Origin: Macrostomum hystrix
Taxonomy: Eukaryota > Animalia > Platyhelminthes
Assembly (NCBI GenBank): GCA_950097015.1
Contig: CATNEN010000031.1
Span: 2,666,001-2,730,000, forward strand
Reading direction: 5' to 3'
Length of the DNA: 64,000 nucleotides
This document shows, piece by piece, positions 1 to 10,123 of this stretch. The position numbers were made by a program, and so were the translations under genes. A model generated the notes under the pieces. The model was not told the origin of the DNA. It was given only the letters and a program-made list of their open reading frames with translations, and ran no database searches. Within the stretch, counting starts at the first letter, position 1, and every line of letters starts with the position of its first letter.

Positions 1-2462
1 AAGCCGGGTGAGCCGCTGAGGTAGTGGCGGAAGCGGAGGCAGCCGAATTTAACCGCGAGGGCCTCCCGCTCAGTCTGCGAGTAGCGCGCCTCTACGGCCG
101 TCAGGGCGCGGCTGGCGTAGGCGATTGGTCTCAGGCTGCCGTCTGGTTGTTGCTGGCTAAGGATTGCCCCGAGGCCGGTCGGGCTGGCGTCCACGATCAC
201 TTCTGTCGGCTTCTGCTTGTCGAAGAACGCTAAAGTGCTGCTGGCAGCGATGGAGCTCTTGACGGCGTTGAAGGCAGCGTCTTCCGCCGCTCCCCAGGTC
301 CAGGCGGCCTCCCTTCTGGTCAGGTTTCTGAGAGGCTTGGCAATGTCTGCGAGTGCTGGGATAAAGCGGCTGACAAAGGCAACGAGGCCTAGGAATGATC
401 TCACCTCGGACGCGTTCTTCGGTGCCCTAAACGACTGGACCGCGCTCACCTTGTCCTCAGTTGGCTGGATGCCCTTCTCAGAGAGGCGCATGGCGAGAAA
501 AGTCGCCTCCCTGACCGCGAATCTGCACTTCGCCGGGTTGAGGGTGACGTTGTAGGACTCCAGCCGCTGCAGAGTTGCCGCCAGTTGCTGGTTGTGGTCC
601 TTGATGTTTCTGGCGTAGATGATGATGTCATCGTGCACCCAGCGGACGCCGGACAGGCCGCCGAGCACGGTGGTCATGACCCTCTGCAGGATCTCCGACG
701 CTGACGTGAAGCCCATGCACAGGCGCGTCAGTCGCATGAGGCCCTTTGGCGTGGAGAACGTCAGCAAGTGGCGCGATTCCTCCCGGACACGGATCTGATG
801 GAAGGCCTTGTTGATGTCGAGCTCCGAGAAGTAGCGAGCGCCTGCCATTTCGTCTGTGACCTCCTCGAATGTCGGGATGGGCTGCTTCTCGGGCACCACG
901 AACTTGTTGACATCTCGCAGGTCCTGGGTGATGCGCACTTGGCCCGGCTGCGACTTCGGGACTACCACCATGCGGGCCACCCAGTCGGACGGTCCCTTCA
1001 CTCGCTCGATGATGCCGGCCGCAAGCTGTTCGTCCAGCTCGCGCTGCGCTGCCTCCCGCAGGTGCACCGGGACTCGGCTGGGTGGGTGGCAGACAGGCAC
1101 GGCTTCTTCGCGTAGGTGGATGCTGACCTCGACGTCCTTGACACAGCCGATGCCCTCGAAACGTTGGCGGTGTGCCCGGAGGATGTTGGCTAGGCGCTCC
1201 TGTTCTGGTAGCGTCCGGTCGTTCGCCTCGGCTGCTGCTGCCTCCAGGGCTGTGTTGAGAGACTTCGGCAGCTTGTTGGCTTCCGTCAGCTGGCAGACCG
1301 TCGGTTGGCTTGGCCCGATGCGCAGAATGCCGAGTCCCTCGCTGGTCTGGCGGCCGATGATCGTGGTGCCGCTTTCCTTCACGATGATGTAGCTGATGCG
1401 GGCGCTGGCGTCGTAGACGGTCGTTTGCAAGGTGGCCTTGCCCAATGTCGTCAGCGGCTTGCTGGAGCCGAACGGGAATACTTTTTTTTGGGACTCAACA
1501 AGCTGGGCCGCGCTGCCCTCGACGGCCTTGAAGGTCCTGACGTCCATGAGGTTGCAGGTCGCGCCGCTGTCAATAAGCAGGTCTGTGGCACGACCGTTGA
1601 TGTCGGCTTTCACGAGCGGCAGCCTCTTTCTCAGAGGGGAGAGGCTGAAGACCTCGCAGCTACTGTCACTGTCATCGGGTCCCTGCTGTTCGGGCTGCTG
1701 CTCCTCGGTGATGGTGTGCACCCTCCTCGAGCCGGACGGTTTGGACAGACAGGCCTTCGCTAGGTGCCCAACTTTGTTGCAGCTCCGGCAAGTCTTTCCG
1801 CGGGCCGCCTCGCAAGTTCTGTGGCCCGGCTCGCCACAGCGGATGCATTTGCTGTTTCTGGGCTGCTCCAATCTCGCTGGCCTCTCGATTCGCCGAACCG
1901 CATTCACAGAGTCGGACTTGCGGGCTTCGATAGCCGCTGACTGGAGGTCCGCCGATTCGAAGGCTCTGGCCTGCTGCAGGGCGTCCTGGAGGCCGATGTT
2001 CGGTGTCTGCAGCAGCCTGCGGCGCAGCTGGTCTGATTGGCAGCCGGCAACGATCTGGTCCCTGATGATGGGGTCGCGCTGGGTCTGGAAATCGCAGCCC
2101 TCCGCTGCCTTGTACAGCCGCTGCACCCAAGCGTTGATGGACTCGCCCTGCTGTTGGGTGCAGAACCGGAACTCGTACCGCACGAACACGGGGTTGTGCC
2201 TGCTGCTGAAGTGCCCTTTGAAGGCCTTTAGGAGATCGTCGAGTGACTCGCCTGGTGTGGTCAGCTCTGCGTAGGCTTCGTAAAGCTGTTTACCGCCGAC
2301 GTATAGCAGAATTTCGCGTTGCTGTTGCGTGTTTGAAATGCCGCTGGCTGTCACAAAGCACTTGAACCGGCTGGCCCATTCTGCCCACCGCGCCGCGAGA
2401 TTGTGTGGCTCTTTCTGTGTATCGAAAGGCTCAGGTGGGGGCAGGTGTAGGGGCACAGACAT
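1..2462 (-). CDS. gag-pol polyprotein (gag, 2 Zn knuckles, aspartic protease, RT, RNase H), partial; missed by the ORF track because no stop falls in the window
   Basis: Manual translation from ATG 2462: MSVPLHLPPPEPFD...IRDQIVAGCQSDQLRRRLL (gag), CIRCGEPGHRTC and CRSCNKVGHLAKAC (CCHC), LIDSGATCNLM (protease), YFSELDINKAFHQI and GVRWVHDDIII (RT), VIVDASPTGLGAILSQ...YSQTEREALAV (RNase H). No stop or frameshift seen in ~820 codons. Confidence 0.95.
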   Translation of the reverse strand, partial: MSVPLHLPPPEPFDTQKEPHNLAARWAEWASRFKCFVTASGISNTQQQREILLYVGGKQLYEAYAELTTPGESLDDLLKAFKGHFSSRHNPVFVRYEFRFCTQQQGESINAWVQRLYKAAEGCDFQTQRDPIIRDQIVAGCQSDQLRRRLLQTPNIGLQDALQQARAFESADLQSAAIEARKSDSVNAVRRIERPARLEQPRNSKCIRCGEPGHRTCEAARGKTCRSCNKVGHLAKACLSKPSGSRRVHTITEEQQPEQQGPDDSDSSCEVFSLSPLRKRLPLVKADINGRATDLLIDSGATCNLMDVRTFKAVEGSAAQLVESQKKVFPFGSSKPLTTLGKATLQTTVYDASARISYIIVKESGTTIIGRQTSEGLGILRIGPSQPTVCQLTEANKLPKSLNTALEAAAAEANDRTLPEQERLANILRAHRQRFEGIGCVKDVEVSIHLREEAVPVCHPPSRVPVHLREAAQRELDEQLAAGIIERVKGPSDWVARMVVVPKSQPGQVRITQDLRDVNKFVVPEKQPIPTFEEVTDEMAGARYFSELDINKAFHQIRVREESRHLLTFSTPKGLMRLTRLCMGFTSASEILQRVMTTVLGGLSGVRWVHDDIIIYARNIKDHNQQLAATLQRLESYNVTLNPAKCRFAVREATFLAMRLSEKGIQPTEDKVSAVQSFRAPKNASEVRSFLGLVAFVSRFIPALADIAKPLRNLTRREAAWTWGAAEDAAFNAVKSSIAASSTLAFFDKQKPTEVIVDASPTGLGAILSQQQPDGSLRPIAYASRALTAVEARYSQTEREALAVKFGCLRFRHYLSGSPG

Positions 2463-2464
2463 GA

Positions 2465-2479
2465 CTGCTTGCGATGCCA
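2465..2479 (-). promoter_or_regulatory. Primer-binding site (PBS)
   Basis: TGGCATCGCAAGCAG starts 1 nt after the LTR end (TACA-G-TGG), complementary to a tRNA CCA end, just upstream of the gag ATG. Confidence 0.65.
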
Positions 2480-2480
2480 C

Positions 2481-2699
2481 TGTAGAGTCTATGATTTGTG
2501 GTCGAAAATATGCTCAACTGAGCGCTGCCCCGCGGGCGACAATATATATTTAATGGATCGATAATTGGGGTGGGGGTACGACAGGTGAGAGTTGAAAGTG
2601 CTGAGTGCGCGCACAAGACGTAAGAGGTATTGATTGGCTGGAGCAAGCTGACGCAATGCGGGGCGAAGTACAAGTACGCAAGTCTTACAGACTGGTTGG
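2481..2699 (-). repeat. Putative 5' LTR (~219 bp)
   Basis: On the minus strand it begins TGTAAG and ends CTCTACA (TGTA...TACA termini), contains ATTAAATATATATT, abuts the PBS on one side and the minisatellite at 2700 on the other. The second LTR is not in the window, so the boundary is inferred. Confidence 0.6.
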
Positions 2700-3150
2700 C
2701 TGTGGACTGGTTAGTTGTGGACTGGTTGGTTGTTGACTCTTTGACTGTGGACTGGTTGGTTTTGGACTGGTTGGTTGTGGACTGGTTGGCTGTGCACTGG
2801 TTGGTTTTTGGACTGGTTGGTTGTGGACTGTTTGGTTGTGGACTGGTTGGCTGTGGACTGGTTGGTTTTGGACTGGTTGGTTGTGGACTGGTTGGTTGTG
2901 GACTGGTTGGTTGTGGACTGGTTGGTTGTGGACTGGTTGGCTGTGGACTGGTTGGTTGTGGACTGGTTGGCTGTGGACTGGTTGGCTGTGGACTGGTTGG
3001 TTGTTGACTCTTTGACTGTGGACTGGTTGGTTTTGGACTGGTTGGCTGTGGACTGGTTGGTTTTGGACTGGTTGGTTGTGGACTGGTTGGCTGTGGACTG
3101 GTTGGTTTTGGACTGGTTGGTTGTGGACTGGTTGGCTGTGCACTGGTTGC
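2700..3150. repeat. 15-bp minisatellite (GACTGGTTGGTTGTG)n
   Basis: About 30 tandem units read directly. Confidence 0.95.
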
Positions 3151-3784
3151 ATGGTTGTGGAGAGATTGGCAGTGGGCAGCAGGCTTCGCAATAGATTATG
3201 CGCGGAAAATATTTTTCCTACTGTTCAGGACTTTTGTTCCATTTTGAGTCTATACTCTATTGACTCGCGTCTAGTCAGCAGCTGATGGAGTGACTAACAG
3301 GCTCGAACATCCGTCATTCACGCCAGCTCACGCCCGCCCCTCCCTGCCGCGGTCCCCCCAAGGGGAAGCAGCCGGGGGGACGCTTCAGCCTGAATTAATT
3401 TCTTGGAAAGCATCCGCGGGGAAGGCGGGGATTCAACGGAATCCTATCCGAATATCCCGGGTTTGAGCCGCAATCTCTCTGTGGCGACCCGGCCTAGAAA
3501 GATGAGCCAATTGGGCCACTTCCCTATCTAATAATCTGGCTCGCAATTCCCCTGACTAAATCCTTTGCCGGCTGTCCTAGTTGAAAACTGCGAAAAAATC
3601 TGCGCCAAACGGATTAGCACCTGGAAAATTAGAAGAAATTCAACGCGCGCAACAGGGCGAGGCCCAGATTTCTTTATCGACCCTCAACCTGGGGACCGGC
3701 ATAACCAATCGAGAACAGGCAGGAGGAAGCATTGTAGGATTCCTTGGTCGACTTGTAGGAGAATCCTTAGCTAGAATCCTTAGC

Positions 3785-5325
3785 TAGAATCATAGCAGGA
3801 ATCGTAGCAGGAATCGTAGCAGGAATCGTAGCAGGAATCGTAGCAGGAATCGTAGCAGAAATCGTAGCAGGAATCGTAGCAGGAATCGTAGCAGGAATCG
3901 TAGCAGGAATCGTAGCAGGAATCGTAGCAGGAATCGTAGCAGGAATCGTAGCAGGAATCGTAGCAGGAATCGTAGCAGGAATCGTAGCAGGAATCGTAGC
4001 AAGAATCTTAGCATCCAATTCTAACTACAATTCTCTGCCAATGATCGAAGAAATCGTCGGTGAAATCTTGGATAAAAGTTGCTAGAATCATAACAGGAAT
4101 CGCTGCTAGAATCGCAGCAGGAATCACAACAAGAATCAAAGCAGGAATCCTAACAAGAATCGAAGCAGGAATCCTAACAAGAATCGAAGCAGGAATCCTA
4201 ACAAGAATCGCAGCAGGAATCATATCAAGAATCGAAGCAGGAATCATAACAAGAATCGAAGCAGGAATCATAACAAGAATCGCAGCAGGAATCCTAACAA
4301 GAATCGCAGCAGGAATTATAACAAAAATCAAAGCAAGAATCCTAACAAGAATCGCAGCAGGAATCCTAACAAGAATCACAGCAGGAATCATAACAAGAAT
4401 CGCAGCAGGAATCCTAACAAGAATCGCAGCAGGAATCCTAACAAGAATCACAGCAGGAATCATAACAAGAATCGCAGCAGGAATCCTAACAAGAATCACA
4501 GCAGGAATCACATCAAGAATCGCAGCAGGAATCCTAACAAGAATCGCAGCAGGAATCCTAACAAGAATCGCAGCAGGAATCACATCAAGAATCACAGCAG
4601 GAATCCTAACAAGAATCGCAGCAGGAATCACATCAAGAATCGCAGCAGGAATCCTAACAAGAATCGCAGCAGGAATCCTAACAAGAATCGAAGCAGGAAT
4701 CCTAACAAGAATCGCAGCAGGAATCCTAACAAGAATCGCAGCAGGAATCCTAACAAGAATCACAGCAGGAATCACATCAAGAATCGCAGCAGGAATCACA
4801 TCAAGAATCGCAGCAGGAATCCTAACAAGAATCGCAGCAGGAATCCTAACAAGAATCACAGCAGGAATCCTAACAAGAATCACAGCAGGAATCACATCAA
4901 GAATCGCAGCAGGAATCACATCAAGAATCGCAGCAGGAATCCTAACAAGAATCGCAGCAGGAATCCTAACAAGAATCACAGCAGGAATCACATCAAGAAT
5001 CGCAGCAGGAATCACATCAAGAATCACAGCAGGAATCATAACAAGAATCGCAGCAGGAATCACATCAAGAATCGAAGCAGGAATCCTAACAAGAATCGCA
5101 GCAGGAATCATAACAAGAATCGAAGCAAGAATCCTAACAAGAATCGCAGCAGGAATCATAACAAGAATCAAAGCAGGAATCCTAACAAGAATCGCAGCAG
5201 GAATCCTAACAAGAATCGAAGCAGGAATCATAACAAGAATCGAAGCAGGAATCATAACAAGAATCGAAGCAGGAATCATAACAAGAATCGCAGCAGGAGT
5301 CCTAACAACAATCGCAGCAGGAATG
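3785..5325. repeat. 12-bp (GTAGCAGGAATC)n array grading into a 24-bp (ACAAGAATCGCAGCAGGAATCCTA)n array
   Basis: 12-mer at ~3790-4010, 24-mer at ~4080-5325; explains ORFs 3767-4018, 4008-5435 and 4060-5343. Confidence 0.95.
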
Positions 5326-6136
5326 AAAAAGCACAGACGATGAAGCAGAAATCGAGCCGGCCAGTTTGGCGTGACCAATGAGGGCCGAGGATTATTAGCC
5401 AGGAAAAGTGAAAGCCACGCAGTCTCGAACTTCATTTCCCCGCATGAGCGCCCGCAACTCTGTCACTATACGGCTCGTACGAGCTTTAATTAAAGGGGGT
5501 AATTAAATTACTAGATTAGCAGACGGGCGCGTAAATTCTGATCCCCATCCCGACCTTGGGTTATGGAGGCCGACCCAAATGAATTATTAACCACCTGGCT
5601 GCATGGCCCAGTCTGGGCCGCCCTCATCCAAGCCGGTCCTTCTCTAAATCTATGCTTGCCAAATAAGAAACTTTCTCTGCGTTTTTGTCTCGCGCTGCAC
5701 CGACCGCGGCGTGCCATGCATTATGCAGCCCGCTGGAGACATCGCCAGCATCTCTGGCTCAGCTACCAAAACTGCTCAGATCAATATAATTCTCACTTTC
5801 GCCCCAGCTGAGTCTCCTTCCGGCACTGAGGGCGCGGCCTGGTCTGGCCTGTTTGTGCTCAAGTCACAATCAATCAATCATTTACTCGCGAACGCTGTGT
5901 TACGTAGCGAAGAGCTGTCTAACACAGGACCACACCTCCCGTTTGCTATCTGGCGATTAAGTCGGTGCATGTTCTAAAGGATGTGTTGATATTTATAAAG
6001 GTGCCAAGGTGAGTCACACCTTGTGACAGCTCACCAGTCACCCCGCACCGTGATAGACTTATTTCTGTTCCACCCTCATTAGAACGACCGACCTTTTCTT
6101 ATCTCTCAGTTCACCCACTGCATGCCAAGCCACGCT

Positions 6137-6765
6137 GAACCATCCGCTCCCACCAGAACCATCCGCTCCCACCAGAACCATCCGCTCCCACCAGAACCAT
6201 CCGCTCCCACCAGAACCATCCGCTCCCACCAGAAGCATCCGCTCCCACCAGAACCATCCGCTCCCACCAGAACCATCCGCTCCCACCAGAACCATCCGCT
6301 CCCACCAGAACCATCCGCTCAAACCAGAACTATCCGCTCCCACCAGAACCATCCGCTCCCACCAGAACTATCCGCTCCCACCAGAACTATCCGCTCCCAC
6401 CAGAACTATCCGCTCCCACCAGAACTATCCGCTCCCACCAGAACTATCCGCTCCCACCAGAACCATCCGCTCCCACCAGAACTATCCGCTCCCACCAGAA
6501 CTATCCGCTCCCACCAGAACTATCCGCTCCCACCAGAACTATCCGCTCCCACCAGAACTATCCGCTCCCACCAGAACTATCCGCTCCCACCAGAACCATC
6601 CGCTCCCACCAGAACTATCCGCTCCCACCAGAACTATCCGCTCCCACCAGAACTATCCGCTCCCACCAGAACTATCCGCTCCCATCAGAACCATCCGCTC
6701 CCACCAGAACCATCCGCTCCCACCAGAACCATCCGCTCCCACCAGAACTATCCGCTCCCACCAGA
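6137..6765. repeat. 19-bp minisatellite (CCATCCGCTCCCACCAGAA)n
   Basis: About 32 units, ending ~15 nt from the Shaw splice donor. Confidence 0.95.
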
Positions 6766-6780
6766 AGCCGGCGCACTCAC

Positions 6781-7416
6781 CCTGGCCGGGCCGCCGATGC
6801 CGGTTCCCTCGACCTCGAGCAGCGCCCAGATCCGCGGCCGGATACGCTGCCAACGGCCCAGCTCAGGCCCTGCGGCCTCCTCAATGCCGAACCGCCTCGC
6901 CGTGTCGCCAGGCGCCTCGTCCTCGCCGTCGCCGCCTTCTTCGGACAGTTCGCCGCCGTTCAGCTCGGCCAGGGTCTCCTGAGCGTCCCGGTGTGTCCGG
7001 TAGGTGGTCCAGCAGCAGGACTCCATCTGCTTCTCGTCGATGCCCCAGTAGGCCAGCTCCTCCTCGAACATCGGGCCGCAGATGTCCATGGGGGTGTGCA
7101 GCCGGCCAGTTCTGTAGTAATTCAGGATCATGGCGAACACGCCGCTGTGCCGGTCGAAGAAGTACTCGCCGGAGTCCGGGTCGTAGTCGGCGCTGTTCAT
7201 CGAGGTGGCCTCGGCCAGCCAGGCCAGCCGTGTGTCCGGGATGTTCTGCAGCGTGGACTTGTAAGTCTCGAAGCGAACTCCGCCAACGTTGATGACAATG
7301 CGATTCTCCGGCGGCCGGGAGCAGCTGGCACCGACCCCAGCAACGCTAGACCCGCCGCAGCCACCTCCGCCGCCCTGACGCATTGTCACGGAGGTGGATC
7401 GACTCACCATGGCCAT
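6781..7416 (-). CDS. Shaw: Voltage-gated K+ channel Shaw/Kv3 (KCNC-like), first coding exon (T1 tetramerisation domain)
   Basis: [44 protein letters not shown] and Zn motif HX5CX20CC (HTPMDICGP...SCCW), followed by RIWALL. Phase-0 donor AGG|GTGAGT at 6780. No S1-S6 exons found in the window. Confidence 0.93.
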
Positions 7417-7684
7417 CGAAGCTTTTATCCTTGGGACTCAGCAATCAGGGCAGCAGCTACCAGCCTCATCAGCTTAGGAGCTCAACTGACAGAATCCGGG
7501 TTGGCAACTTTTCAGTACAATATCCCCACACAAGGCACACTTCCGCACACCAACTTGCTGCCAGGCCAATCCTTTCGTCTGAGGCAGCAGCCAACCAGCG
7601 TTAAGCACTTTCTAAGAATTTCAACCAGTGCGAAATGTTGCACTTAAGCCTCTCAGAATAACTGTGATAAAACTGTGATAAATA

Positions 7685-8120
7685 ACTTTGATCGAATTCC
7701 TAGATCGCCGATTTCTATATTTGACCGAATTCCTAGATCGCCGATTTCTATATTTGACCGAATTCATAGATCGCCGATTTCTATATTTGACACAATTCCT
7801 AGATCGCTGATTTCTATATTTGACCGAATTCCTAGATCGCTGATTTCTATATTTGACACAATTCCTAGATCGCTGATTTCTATATTTGACCGAATTCCTA
7901 GATCGCTGATTTCTATATTTGACACAATTCCTAGATCGCTGATTTCTATATTTGACCGAATTCCTAGATCGCCGATTTCTATATTTGACACAATTCCTAG
8001 ATCGCCGATTTCTATATTTGACACAATTCCTAGATCGCCGATTTCTATATTTGACACAATTCCTAGATCGCCGATTTCTATATTTGACCGAATTCCTAGA
8101 TCGCCAAATCCCATATTTGA
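7685..8120. repeat. 33-bp minisatellite (TTGACCGAATTCCTAGATCGCCGATTTCTATAT)n
   Basis: About 13 units; gives the IFDRIPRSPIS pseudo-ORF. Confidence 0.95.
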
Positions 8121-8552
8121 CAGAATGACAGCCTTTGGACAGAAAATAAGGCAAAAAGACGGTTACACACTAGTGCCGAACGTATATGCAGACAATTCGC
8201 CAGAACATTATTTATGATAAAAAGACAAATGGTAGACTCTGTGCATTTATTATAACAGCTAATATATTATATGTAGCAAACAACAGGAAAAATAGCTTAA
8301 AAACAAGAATTCTCAATTGTTATATTTGTATATTCCGCCAGACAGGGCGTGAAGTTACTGAAGTTATACTGACACAAAAATTGACACAACATGTACAGCC
8401 TGGCCTCAGTTAGAGTAGGCAGAGATACAAAATATTGCAATCAAAATATTTGTATGTTCTATATATATTTATATATTGTGTGCTTGTCTAGAAATAGTTA
8501 CATAATGATATGCATTAAATTTATGAACGTTTAAATTAAAAATTGGTACAAA

Positions 8553-9145
8553 TTCCACTGAATTCCTACATGATTGATAGTCATGTCCACTGAATTCCTA
8601 CATGATTGATAGTCATGTCCACTGAATTCCTACATTATTGATATTCATGTCCACTGATTTCCTACATTATTCATAGTCATGTCCACTGAATTCCTACATT
8701 ATTCATAGTCATGTCCACTGAATTCCTACATTATTGATAGTCATGTCCACTGAATTCCTACATTATTGATATTCATGTCCACTGATTTCCTACATTATTC
8801 ATAGTCATGTCCACTGAATTCCTACATTATTGATAGTCATGTCCACTGAATTCCTACATTATTGATAGCCATGGCCACTGAATTCCTACATTATTGATAG
8901 TCATGTCCACTGAATTCCTACATTATTGATAGTCATGTCCACTGAATTCCTACATTATTGATAGCCATGTCCACTGAATTCCTACATTATTGATAGTCAT
9001 GTCCACTGAATTCCTACATTATTGATAGCCATGTCCACTGATTTCCTACATTATTCATAGTCATGTCCACTGAATTCCTACATTATTGATAGCCATGTCC
9101 ACTGAATTCCTACATTATTGATAGTCATGTCCACTGAATTCCTAG
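8553..9145. repeat. 32-bp minisatellite (CCACTGAATTCCTACATTATTGATAGTCATGT)n
   Basis: About 18 units; period measured 8715 to 8747. Confidence 0.95.
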
Positions 9146-9661
9146 ATTGCCAAAAGCCTCCAGAGAAATGGAAAATAGTACAGGAAAAGAACACTCTCAA
9201 ATACGAATAAGTCGCTACGACGCGTACTTATGAGTAGTATGAATAGAGCATTAAAAACGAAAGAGTTTTTAGATATTAGCAATTAGTGACTCTACACCAT
9301 AGCATGCAGTTAATAGCGCTTAAGTAATAAACAATAATAGTAACAAAGACTCACAAAGAACTGACTAATTCATAATAGTGTTTTGTTAATTTTATGTGCA
9401 AATACAGTGATAAGAAAAAATGATTTCGCAACAGAGAACGGGAATTAACAATGGAAAACTGATCGCTCTCATCTCATATCAGTTGAGTTTCTGGTGGGTG
9501 AAATGACTCAAATAAAAACTGAAACGAATGTTGAAGCCCTGGTTGCCTTCAAAGTGATGGTGCAGGATTAAAGGAGTGACATTGCAAATTTCCAGCAGGG
9601 AATTGAACTACCAAGATCTGGGGAGGTAGATGGTGAGGGGATGAGAGGGTCGAGATGCGGG

Positions 9662-10086
9662 TCAAGCGTCACCGTGGTAGACATTCAGCTGGGGCAGGAA
9701 CAGTCCCGGATGAGGCGGAAACCGCGCTGAAGGCGAAACACCCACGGCGGCGGCAGCTGACGAGGTCGGCGGAGCTCCACCGGCAGCTGATGATGCAGGC
9801 GGCGGACCGCTGGAGTGCGGCAGCGAGGCCGCAGGACCGGCCATCGGGTTGGCAATTATGACGGGCACCAGGGTGGCCGCCGGAGGCTGCAGGAAGGAGG
9901 GCAGGGACTGCAGCGGGCCGCCAAAGTGCTGCGGCCTGAAAGGAATGCCGGCAGCTGCTGCCGCTGCTGCCGCTGCTGCGGCGTGAGCAGAGAGACCCGG
10001 GAAGGAGCCGGGCATGTGGAGTGGCGGTGCGCCGTAGCATGGCGTTTTCTGCGGCACCCACATCGACTGCGGAAGCGGTCCGTCTG

Positions 10087-10123
<37 letters not shown>

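Larger units (their letters stand above)
1..2699 (-). mobile_element. Ty3/Gypsy LTR retrotransposon (Mag/K02A2.6-like), 5' portion; continues beyond left window edge
   Basis: Putative LTR + PBS + single gag-protease-RT-RNaseH frame; domain order (PR-RT-RH) and gag motifs fit Ty3/Gypsy. Confidence 0.95.

Noticed and set aside
24-2274. Plus-strand ORFs (e.g. 856-1392, 1432-2274) and minus ORF 1672-2130
   Set aside because: Antisense or off-frame shadows of the GC-rich gag-pol frame; no motifs of their own.
2481-2583. Alternative 103-bp LTR starting TGTCGTAC
   Set aside because: 2699 gives better TGTA/TACA termini and coincides with the minisatellite boundary; not resolvable without the 3' LTR.
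3265-3312. Hammerhead-ribozyme-like CTGATG...GAA segment
   Set aside because: The core reads CTGATGG and GAAC rather than CTGANGA and GAAA, and stems I/III are not evident.
2630-5435. Long ORFs such as 4008-5435 (475 aa), 4060-5343 and 2685-3191
   Set aside because: Open only because the repeat units lack stops in those frames; no splice or homology support.
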